From an uncultured virus (IMG/VR IMGVR_UViG_3300047160_009670) (Duplodnaviria > Heunggongvirae > Uroviricota > Caudoviricetes), in the IMG/VR virus record IMGVR_UViG_3300047160_009670: a DNA stretch of 64,000 nt, one strand, 5' to 3'. Below the pieces are notes generated by a model. It ran no database searches. It worked only from the letters and a program-made list of their open reading frames with translations, and had not been told where the DNA came from. The translations under genes and the position numbers were made by a program. Each line of letters opens with the position of its first letter. The first letter of the stretch is position 1. Below, piece after piece: positions 9,638-19,900 of the stretch.

Positions 9638-10453
9638 TCAGTTGACGACGACCAGAACCCAGCCGTCGCCCCATCTGATCTTGTTGAAGTGAATCGTCCC
9701 CAGGTTAAACGTCAACGTATTGCCACAGCAATCCATGCTAATCAGATAATTCGTTTGGTAATAGTCGTCCAGGACCGTACCGTCGGGCAACGCCCCGAAC
9801 CCCGGGAATCCATGGTAACTGATGTTATCAGTTATTTTCCCGTTAGAATAGTAAAAGGTACCTTGAACCTGATTCGTTGTGAACAGTTCCCAGCGCCCAT
9901 CGATCCATTCCTTGACGACCTTCCTGGCCCGGCCGTAGGCCCCGGGGCCGATGGGCTTGCCCCCGCTGGTTAGCTGATAGATCACGGTATCCAGGCTGTT
10001 CCCCGCAGGCGTAGGCGGACGTTGATATGTTCCCGCAAAGATCGTTTCCCCGTTGGGGGCTGCGACCGCGACCGACTTGGTTGCCTTGACCAAGACCGTC
10101 GAACTGCCCGGCGATGACAGGACCGCGTTGGCGATGATCGTGTAATTGCTAGCCAGGGGAAAAATCACGTTACAGACCGGACCGTTCGGGGCCTGGGTCA
10201 GTACCCCAGACTGGCAACCGGTCTTGCCCGCGGCCCCGCAGGTATAGGACCAAGTTACCGCCGCCGGGGGCGGGCAGGTACCGGTAAAGGACATGGTAAA
10301 GGTCGTCGGTACCCCGACAATGACCGGGGTAGGACTGGCCCCCAGGGTCGCCGTACAGCCCCCCTGCGGCCAGGCTGTCGCCGCCAGCGCAAGCAGGAAC
10401 GCAACCGCGTCGGCCGCCACGATGGCTGTCCAGGTCCAACGGTAACCGTTCAT
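9638..10453 (-). CDS. Secreted beta-rich Cys-containing protein
   Basis: Signal-peptide-like N-terminus; Thr/Val beta-strand pattern, several Cys. Confidence 0.65.
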   Translation of the reverse strand: MNGYRWTWTAIVAADAVAFLLALAATAWPQGGCTATLGASPTPVIVGVPTTFTMSFTGTCPPPAAVTWSYTCGAAGKTGCQSGVLTQAPNGPVCNVIFPLASNYTIIANAVLSSPGSSTVLVKATKSVAVAAPNGETIFAGTYQRPPTPAGNSLDTVIYQLTSGGKPIGPGAYGRARKVVKEWIDGRWELFTTNQVQGTFYYSNGKITDNISYHGFPGFGALPDGTVLDDYYQTNYLISMDCCGNTLTFNLGTIHFNKIRWGDGWVLVVVN

Positions 10454-10557
10454 GAAAACCCCCTTGTCAGTCGGGCCGGTCCCGGGTCACGACCCAGGAC
10501 GCGACCTTGACCAGTGCGATCAGGAACAGGCCGCATAGGAATGCATACAAGACGTGT

Positions 10558-11664
10558 TCAACTATGAAATTCATTATCGGTTCCTTCCGGGTCGTCATCG
10601 TCCCCCAGGTTGACCGGGATCGGCGGTAGCCATTTCAGGATGAATTTCCGCTTACCGGCTTCGGCCTTGCGGGGTCCGGTCCAGTACCCATGCCAATGGG
10701 CATTGCGAATATGCCCATGCGGCGATGAGTGCGTCCCGCCCTTCGATGGTCCCGCCGGCAGGGCGCGGGCGCGCCGGATGGCTGCTCCCAAGGACGGGCC
10801 GACTTCCCAGATGGTCGCCTTGGCCGGGGCGAACAGCCGCCAGCCTTTCTTGGTCTTGACCGGTTCCGGCGGGTCTGCCGGTACTGTCTGGCCCAGGGGG
10901 CCGCGCCGGTCAATCGTCGGACAGCATAAGGCCATCGTCAGACTGACCAAGGGCGCGATGGCCTTCGCTACCTGCGCGGCGACTTCCGGGGTATCCCGGA
11001 TGAACGACATGAACCCCGCGCCCAGCCGATGCGCTTCCTTGACCGCGGACATGATCCCTTCTTCCATGGTTCCGGTCAGATGAACACAGACTGGTTCCAG
11101 AACATCATTTCCATGTTCATTTGTAACATCCATGACGAACCGGATTTCCGGCCGGCCGCCGTCGGCGATGCTGTAGGGAACCCGCCAGTTGTCTACATTG
11201 ACCCTTGCTATGTTCAAATGAGCAAAGAATCCGTGGATCGCGACCGGTCCGAAGGGCGCGGGTACCCCGTCGCCGTCCCAGGATGTATCAATCCAGACCC
11301 CCCATTCGGGCAGGCGCAGGAGCACGTCCGCGGGGATGTTGCCGGTTACCGGGGTCGTCCAGAGCGATTCGAAGATTTCGGGATCGAACTTGTAGACCCC
11401 CTGGGTAGGCCGCCAGGCCGCTATCGCGGTCAGGATGGCGCAGTCCGCCAAGGCCCCTTGCGGGTCGCGCAGGGGGCGATGGGTCAGGGATTCCAGCATG
11501 CCGGTCAGGGGCACAAAACACCAAGCCGGCCAGGCTGGCAGTTCCTTGCCGTTTTCCGACCGTACCTTGTCGTACATCTTCCAGGCCATTGGGTAGCGTT
11601 CCTGATATGCCTTCAGATGGGCTACCGGCCGGAAGGCTGGGTTTGCTTGGATCGTCGTATTCAT
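10558..11664 (-). CDS. AcrVA2-family anti-CRISPR homologue
   Basis: AWRPTQGVYKFDPEI, LPEWGVWID, GFFAHL, MALCC and HIRNAHWHGYWTG...KWLPPIPVN match AcrVA2 family motifs in order. Confidence 0.85.
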   Translation of the reverse strand: MNTTIQANPAFRPVAHLKAYQERYPMAWKMYDKVRSENGKELPAWPAWCFVPLTGMLESLTHRPLRDPQGALADCAILTAIAAWRPTQGVYKFDPEIFESLWTTPVTGNIPADVLLRLPEWGVWIDTSWDGDGVPAPFGPVAIHGFFAHLNIARVNVDNWRVPYSIADGGRPEIRFVMDVTNEHGNDVLEPVCVHLTGTMEEGIMSAVKEAHRLGAGFMSFIRDTPEVAAQVAKAIAPLVSLTMALCCPTIDRRGPLGQTVPADPPEPVKTKKGWRLFAPAKATIWEVGPSLGAAIRRARALPAGPSKGGTHSSPHGHIRNAHWHGYWTGPRKAEAGKRKFILKWLPPIPVNLGDDDDPEGTDNEFHS

Positions 11665-14600
11665 TTATCTACCTTCCTTTCGAACGGGTCGTCTTGCATG
11701 GCCTGAATCTGTAGGCCACAGTCGCGAGCGAACCGCGACAAGGCCCCCAGTTCGGCCCCCACTTCCCTTAGCAGGCTGGCCGCATGGTCCGCCCGCTGAC
11801 CCCCCGCCAGGCCCAGCCCGGCCCATTGGGACTTGGCCGCGCCGACCGCGACATGGACCCGCATGACCCGCCCGGCAACTTCATTCATCAAGTCATCCAA
11901 CGATTCTAATGCTTCAATTGGATCGGTCATCGTTGACCCCCTTCCAACCAATCATAGGCGCCTGTCTATCGTTTGTCAATTCGACTTCGGCGCGTCCCGT
12001 TCGGCAGCCGCGTCGGCGACCAAGGCCGCAGCCGTTTCGGCGGCCAGGCCCCGGCTTTCCAGCCAGGACTGCGCGTAGCTGTCAGGAACAACCCATTTCT
12101 TCTTGCCGGCCTTCATGGCGATGCAGGCAATGCCGGGCGATCCCCCGAACGACAGGTAGACCCCGGCCGCGCGGTAGGTCTTCCCCTTGTACCGGGCGAC
12201 ATGGGTAAAGGTAACCGCAAACTTATCCTTGAATGTCTTGTCCTTATCCTTGCTTGCCATGGGAAACCCCCCTGCCGGGCCTGGCCCGGCGCCGGTACTG
12301 GGACACGCGAACAATGAATAATTGTTCGCCGAATTGTAGATATAAGCGCGTTCCATCGCGAGAGACTTCATCGGGCGTCGGAACATCAGGGGATGATTCG
12401 TTCATCTGCTGATATCCTTCCGCTTCGGATTCGATAAGGCAGGCGAACAGGAATTCGGCCGCCTGCGCGGTTGTGATCCCCGCCTTGCGTGCCATGGTCA
12501 GGCCCCGTCAAAAATCTATGAAATTGCCCGGTTCTTCATTGGCCGCGTCAGCCGCATCGGCAGCCATGGCGTCATTGAAGGCCGCGATTTCGGCAGCCGT
12601 ACAATGGCAGACCCAGTCTTCTGCGCACAGCCGCGGGTCGCGTACGACTTGCTTGCCGCAACGGTCGCAACGGCCCGGGCCAGGATCGTCGGGCGGGCCG
12701 CTGCAACCGGGCGGATAGGACCATCCAAAGATGCCCATAGTTACCCCCGTTTCTTGACCGACAGGAACCCGGCTTCGAATTCGGCCGGGGCCGGCGGCAG
12801 ACATTCGGCAACCTGGCGGACCGCGTACCGGACCGCCTGGGATGCTTCTTCCGAACCCAGCCGGTAGGCGATGCGCGCGATCAGGCGCAGGTCCGACGCC
12901 GAACAACGCATGAAGAAAGTCTTAATCAGTTCATGATCGTTCGAACCGCCGCCGCCCTTGGCCTTCGCGGTCTTGCGGTTCGGGTTCGTCTTGGCTGCCA
13001 TGTCTACCGCCTTTCTTCCGCCGGCTGGGGCGGATTGGATGCCGGTTCGTTCCGTTCGACTGCCGATTCCAGTTCGTCAATCCGTTGTTCGATCAGGGCT
13101 AGACGCCGCATGGCAAAGTCCAGCGTTTGCCGGGCCGCGTTCAGTTCCGTATGCGCGCCCAGGACATATCCTTCCGCTTCATAGCGCAGGTCGCGCAATT
13201 TCTTGATAATGTCCTTCATTGTGAACCCCGATTCCAGCGCTCGCGCGCCCAGAAAAAAAGCTGCATACCGGCCAGACCCAGGCCGAACCCGGCCCAGAAA
13301 TGGAACTGGTCTTCCAGTACGTACCGGATCATACGTTTACCCCTTCACGCCCGCCAGTACCTTGGCAACCGCCCGGCCTACGCCGGTCCGCGGCAGCCAT
13401 TCGATGACCGTCAGCCGGTCCCCGCCGGCTGCCCGGTCTTCGGCCTGGATCGACTTCAAGGCTTCATTCGCCGTCCCGTAGATGCGGGTTACTGTCCCGC
13501 CGCCGTACCGTTCGGTTTTGACTTCCCAGCCGTAGCCGGCCTGTTCGGTTATCTGGACTGTTCTGGTCTTCATATGTTACCCCTTATTCGGGTACGTTGT
13601 CGATGTACCGGCCGTCGCGCTGGACGCTGCCCCACAGACCCGTCCCGAAGTCATAGGTCAGGTTATTGCGCTTGCATACGTCGTTGATTTGATCCCGGGT
13701 CCTGTCCAGGTCCGCTTCCCAGGCCCGCGCGTTGGCGTTCTTGTCCTTGCCGTACCAGACGGTCGAAGGATGCGGGTCGCCGTTGCTGGCCTTGGTTTCC
13801 TGCCAGACCCTTTCATGTAACAGCCTGCGCAGCTTGCGGGCATCGCGGAGCGCGACCCCGAACCGTTCTGACCAAGCCTGCAACCTTGTCGTTCGTACCG
13901 ATTTCATGATCCGCCCCCTTTCCTACCTGTATTTTAGGCGCTTGTCGATCCCTTGTCAAGTTTGTTGACCCTGTTCCGGCGCCGCCTGACCCGGAAGACA
14001 TAGTTCCAGGATTCGGCATCGCCGCTTATGAGCCTGGCCGTCCATTCGCACGGTAAGCAGTACAGCCGCGCCCGGTCTTCGGCTTCGCGGATGGCCTGAT
14101 GGGCGCAGTCTTCCACGTCCCCAAGGTCGGTAGGTATGCTTACCTGATAGTAGTCGTACTGTAACTTCGGCATTGGCCCCCCCCCGGGGGCCGGCTGACC
14201 GGCCCCCCGGCTGTCGGTCAGTCCGCCAGCCGCTTGACATAGTTCAGGACGCGATACGTGTTGCCTTTCTGGCTGACCCGTTCGGTCTTGACCCGGCCGG
14301 TAACCGTGACCCGGTCCCCGACCTTGACCTTCGGTTCCAGATGCTTGTCAGCCGGTACGCACGGGCTGGCGACTGCCTGTTCCCCGGTCAGGTCGAACCA
14401 AGGATGGTTCGCCGGCCATTCGACCTTGCCATCCTGGACCCGTTCCCCGTCGTAGCCGACAATCGCAAACGGCCCGCCGCTCGTTACATGCCACTTGTTG
14501 CGAACCTTGAAGTAGCAGACCGGCCCGCCGTCGTCTGGCCGCAGGGCACAGTCCAGAACCGCCTGATAGTTCTCGGTAGGCGGTCCGTAGTAACTGTGCG

Positions 14601-15897
14601 CGAACGGGTCGTCTTCCTTCGGCTGGAAATCCGCCCGTTCCAAGACCCCCGTGACCTTGACCGTATTGGCCTTGACCGCTTCCATTGGAAACCCCCTTTG
14701 TCTTGCTGTTCCTTTCTTTGTCCATCTATATTATAGGCGCCTGTCAAGCTTTTGTCAATAGAACGGGGCCAGCGAACCTTGCGGTTCGGCCGGCCCCGCC
14801 TGCGCGAGCGGATTCGGGAAGGTCCGCTAGAACAGAATCCGCCCGTACTTCCGCCGTTCCCGGCGCCAGGCTTGCAACGATTGCATCGCCCCGTCGCTGC
14901 CTTCCCGGTCGGTATCAGCCAGGGCCTTCAGCATGGCCCGCGTGGCCGAGTATGCGACTTCCTGGGTTGCGGTCGGGCCTTCGGGCGGATGCGGGCCAAA
15001 GGATTCGGCCAGAACCATATCCACCCATGCATCCAGGTCGAAGTAAATCGGCGGTCCCTTGGGCTTGCGTACCCGCTTCGGGGCCGATGGCAGGGGCATG
15101 GCCCCAGGGCCGCCAGAAATGCCCGGCAAGGCCCCTGTCCCGTCGTCCCCCGGTTCCGCTACGTCCCCGGCCCCGGTCGCTTCCAGGGGCATTTCCGGCC
15201 CCGTAGCGTCATTCGCCTTTGCCTTCGCCATTGGATGCCCCCTTGTGCGAGATGGACCCCCTGACATTGACCGACCGCATGCCAAGTTCCCGGTAGGCCC
15301 CCGTCATCCCCCGGACGCGGGCGTCCAAGGCTGTCCGGGCTTCTTCCAGTTGACCCCGCCTGACCGGGGCCAAGTCCCGGTCATGACTGAGCGCTTCCGC
15401 AAACCGGGCGGTCAGGTAACCGACCGCCTTGGCCGCATGAACCACATCCATTAGCATATCTTCAAATAATCCGTCCATCCCTATACCCCCTTTGTACGGA
15501 CCCGGCCGGCTTGCAATCCGACCGGGCGCGCCTGCCCCATGCCCAGGCCGCCCGGATTGACGGCCTAAACGACCCAGGCATTCGATTGGCAGGGGGCCGT
15601 ACCCCAGTCTGAGCGGCTACGGTACGGCCCGACGGTCCAAAGGATCGCGTTTGGTCAATGGACCGCCTTGCTGGCATGATAATTCCCCTATTCCTTGACA
15701 TGATCCGGGGCGTTGGGCCGTTCCGGTAGCAGGTCGGCCCGTCCCAGGAAGATGCAGAATGCAGCATGAACCAAGTCGGTCATGGTTACCCCCAGCCTGG
15801 CGGCTTCGGTCTTGAACTGCCTATGGAGAACGGGATGGACGCGAACGCCCATCACGCGCCATTCCCCTAGCTGCGTAGCGGTTTCCTTCAGCGGCAT
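11661..15897 (-). CDS. Array of about 14 small early hypothetical ORFs, including two small putative DNA-binding proteins (12741-13001, 15688-15897)
   Basis: Abutting ORFs with G-rich RBSs under the repeated promoters. Confidence 0.6.
11951..11979 (-). promoter_or_regulatory. Conserved early promoter driving the acr operon
   Basis: TTGACA-17-TATGAT with GACAGGCGCC. Confidence 0.85.
13931..13959 (-). promoter_or_regulatory. Conserved early promoter
   Basis: TTGACA-17-TAAAAT with GACAAGCGCC. Confidence 0.85.
14730..14758 (-). promoter_or_regulatory. Conserved early promoter
   Basis: TTGACA-17-TATAAT with TTGACAGGCGCC. Confidence 0.9.
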
Positions 15898-15953
15898 GGC
15901 CCAGACCCCCGGTTATCTTGTTAGCTTTCGGCATCCTAGAGCATGTCCCGAAA

Positions 15954-16925
15954 TCAGTCAACCGCATCCGCCGCGTCCGCGTCGGCTGCCCGCTTGGGCC
16001 GATACCAAGGCACGGTCCGGTCCCAGTATTTGCCGAACCGCTTTTCCCAGGCCGGCCATCCCACTTTGGTCAGGTACAGATGGGCCATCGCCCGAATGTC
16101 GGCGTCCGCCGCGTTGTCGCCCATGACTTCCGCGAAGGCCCGGGGGTCGGACTGGTTCGTCAGCCGCGGTCTGGGCCGTAGATGCTCGACCGCCTTGCGC
16201 CAGACCCAGTAGTGCGCCGTCGATGCCCTGTCAGCCAGTTCGGCCGCGTCCACGTCCGCGGTCCGAAAGAGCATCATATTCATCTGTGAAATCATTTCGG
16301 TTTCCTGCCAGCAAAGGATTTTCTTGACCTTGCCGGCCGATGCCCGGCGCAAGGGGACAACCTGGGTTTGCCAGGTCCATTCCCCGGTCCCCTGCCATAT
16401 GTCGTAGAATGCCGTATCGAATTGGCCCGGACCCATGGTCTTGACGTATTCGAATAGGTCTGCATGAACAACCTTGACGCCAAACGGGGGAACATATGGT
16501 CGGATCAATTCGATTAAATCCTTTTCGATTTCGATCACGGTCACGTTCTTGACCCGCATGGAATGCGCCAGTAGCCAGGGGATGACCCCCAGCCCCAGGC
16601 CCCCGACCAAGACCCGGCCCCGTAGCTGCCGGGCCGCGTCGGCCATCTGCGCGGTTTCCTGCAACGTCGTCGTCATCCAGGTTCCGTTGTCTTCATCGGT
16701 CAGTTTGGCGTATGTGAACGGTTCATCGAACGTTGTCCCTAGCGGCTGCCGGCCGGTCAAGAACCCTTCCCGGACGCCGATCAGGGGGATATGTTCGCCC
16801 GGCGCTATCGTCACGGTTTCGATGGCAAACCGACCCCGACTGCCGGGCCTGTACCGCGGCAAGGCATGCCAGGCGGATAAGGCCCGCTGGCCGTAGGCCC
16901 GTCGCTTCGCTTTGGTATCGGTCAT
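15954..16925 (-). CDS. Class I SAM-dependent methyltransferase / spermidine-synthase-like protein
   Basis: VLVGGLGLG motif I, VTVIEIE, VHADLFEY, FYDIW. Confidence 0.8.
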   Translation of the reverse strand: MTDTKAKRRAYGQRALSAWHALPRYRPGSRGRFAIETVTIAPGEHIPLIGVREGFLTGRQPLGTTFDEPFTYAKLTDEDNGTWMTTTLQETAQMADAARQLRGRVLVGGLGLGVIPWLLAHSMRVKNVTVIEIEKDLIELIRPYVPPFGVKVVHADLFEYVKTMGPGQFDTAFYDIWQGTGEWTWQTQVVPLRRASAGKVKKILCWQETEMISQMNMMLFRTADVDAAELADRASTAHYWVWRKAVEHLRPRPRLTNQSDPRAFAEVMGDNAADADIRAMAHLYLTKVGWPAWEKRFGKYWDRTVPWYRPKRAADADAADAVD

Positions 16926-19900
16926 GGCTTGTCCCCTTCCGTTGCTTCAATGGCGCTGCCGGTCCCGCCGCCCGCGGCCACGCCGCGGATGGCTAGCTTG
17001 CAGGCGTCGATTTCGGCTTGCTTCTCTTCGGCAGGCCGGCGCGCTGCGGTAACGGTCATCCGGCATTCGGATGGCCGCATGATCCCCTTGTACTGGACCC
17101 AGCGACCCGGCATGTACCAGCGCTTGCGCCACGCCAGTTGCGCATACCGCAAAGTCTGCCTGCGCTCGAATATCATCATATGATCTGTGTCAAAGATGAC
17201 CCAAACCGGGTCCGCATCCCAGCGGACCCGGCAGATGTATGCGGTCGTTCCTGGCTTGGCTGTCATTGGTTCCCCCCTTCATCGTTAGCCGTCCTGGGCC
17301 GGCAGTCATGGAATTCCAGCCGGCCGTCCAGGGCTTCGCCCAGGGCTTCCAGGCTTTCAATCGGGTACGATGACCGCCGGCCCCCGCAGGTCGGGCAGGT
17401 CGTAACGAGCCGCAAGGTCCGGTCACGGTCGCCGCCGGAAAAACCGTACCAGAAATCTAACCCATCGATACGGAATTCTGCGTTAGGTCTGCGCGGCAGG
17501 CCCGTCAGTTGGATGGCGTATACGGACAGTTCGTAGTCCTGTCCGAATAGTCCCCTGATATGTTCGCATGTTTCCCGCCGCATGGAATCGGCGGCTTCCT
17601 GTTTTTCCTGTTCGTCCCGCAGGACGTTGGCGGCCCGCTGGGCCGCCAGGGCCGCGACGGCGCGTTCAGCTAAGGTCATGACTGGCCCCCTTCCCAGCCC
17701 GCCGCGGCGATTTCGTCCCGCGTGAGCCATCTACGGCCCCCGGTTTCCCCGGCAGCCGCTTCGGCGGGCGTGGACGGGCGTACGTACCAAGCGACTTCCC
17801 CGCATGCCTTGCAGCGGACCCGCCCGACTGCAAGCTTCGCATCGGCTATGTCCATCGCCGTGAATTCCTTCCCCTGGCGCCGGCAACCCCGGCGCTTGCA
17901 AACGTAAACGGTCATGGCTTGTCCCCCCTTACAGGTCTTTCAGGTCCGGGAAGTTATTGCAAACCATCTGAACGTAATGCGGATGTTCCGGCGCGTTCGG
18001 GACCGGGTAAACCCGGTCTTCGGTACCGTCGTCAAACCGGATCGGGTCGCCTTCCCCGCATAGCTTCAAAGGCTGCCCGCGGTACGGGTCAACGTCGTGG
18101 AAGAAAATCAGGCTGCCGCGATCCATGGCCCAGGGTTCGTATTTGATGACTGTCCCGCCCGGGACCGTCAGCACGTCCCCGACCATTGGGTCCAGGACGA
18201 TGGACCCGCCCGGACCGCGACTTAGCTTCCGTACCATCTGCCCGGTATACAGGCAGCAAATTTCGGCCGTTTCATGGCCTTCCAACAGGTCGTTAAATGT
18301 ACGGACCTTCATATCAAACCCCCTTCCAAGTCAGGCCCCCATCGCCCGTTCCGCGGCCACTTCCTGACGGTACAGGTCGGCGGCGCGGTCATGCCGATCC
18401 ATCAGCTTCAAAACGGCCTTGTCGGCCCGCTTGCGGTCTACAACCGCGACGACCCGTTCCCCGCCGCATTCGTAGCAGGTAACGTCATAGCAGCCGCCCA
18501 GGTAGTCTTCCGCGAAGTCGGGGTCTTCGTCAAAGTCGGCCGCGGTCAGGCCGCCAGCGTCTACGCTGGGATTGACATGCGTGCCGGCGCCGCGACAGGT
18601 CGGGCAGACCCGGTACTTGACCGGGACGCGGTATTCGCGCTCTTCGCCGTCGTCGTCTTCCAGTTCGAATACCGCTTGCATACGGGCCTTGTCTACGTGC
18701 CGTAGCAAGCTACCTTCGGCCCGATGGCCGGCCCGGACCCGGCTGTCGCCGTAGTAGTTCCGGGCGTCCATGTATGCTTGTGCGTTTGTCATGGCCTTAG
18801 CCCCTTTCTTGTCCACTTCCCTGCCATCTGTATTATAGGCGCTTGTCAAGCGAAAGTCAAGCCCTTGTCAATACAGTTCGTCCCCCGGCAGCCGGGCCTT
18901 GGTCGGCGCCGGAACCGGGAACCGGTCTACCTGGGCGCCCGCGTGGCGGTCGGCCGCGTCCCGGGCGGCTTGGTAGCGGGCCAGGATCGTTGTCAGCATG
19001 TCGGCCGTCCATGCCAGTTCGTATTGAAACGTCCCCAGGGCATCCGCCAAGGGCGCGTCGTCCGGGTAGGTCAGATCGTCCATCCGGGCGATGAACCCGC
19101 GCAGCCTGGCCAGGCTATTGGCCAAGTTGACTACATTGGTAACATCGGGTTTGTTGTTCATAGATTTACCCTTCATTCCCCGTTGCCGGGCTTGATTTCC
19201 TGCCATCCTTCCTGTTCCGCCAGCATCCGGCGCCGGGCGCCGCGCTCCGCCAGGCTGGCGAAGAAATCGTCCGCCGTCGGCGCTGGCGGGGTTACCGCCA
19301 GGCAGGTCGGGACATGCTGGCCCAGCCGCCCGGCAGGGATTTCCCTGCCGCACTGGCAAACGATGTAGACCCGATGGGGTCTACGGACGCCGGGAAGCCG
19401 GTCGCCGCGCTTGATGATTACATCCCAGAGCAAGGGAATGTCGCCAAAGCGTCCATATTCCTGGATATCTTCATCCCATACTGCTTTGTAGGCCGGAACC
19501 TTCATTCCATGAACGGTTCCTTCGGTATCCTTCGGAATGTGATTCCCGCGATACCCCAGCCGCAGGATCAACCGCGGCAGGTCAACGCGATACAGATCGT
19601 TTGTCATGGTTAAGCCCCCTTGGTTACCTTGCCCTGATAGATCAGGTACGGGTTATTGGTCTTTCGCTTGACTTCGATGCGGTCCGCGACGCGCAGGTCG
19701 AAATGAAGCCCTTGAAGTTTTTCGATCAGGTAGCCGCGCCGTACGATGGCGTAGACCTGGCCGTCCTGATCGGCCCTGACTACCCTGGCTTGCATGATTG
19801 AACCCCCCTTTCCCAAGTAGCCCGTAGGGGATTCGAACCCCTGTCGCCGGCTTGAAAGGCCGGCATCCTTCCCAGTAGACGAACGGGCCATAGTCGGGTC

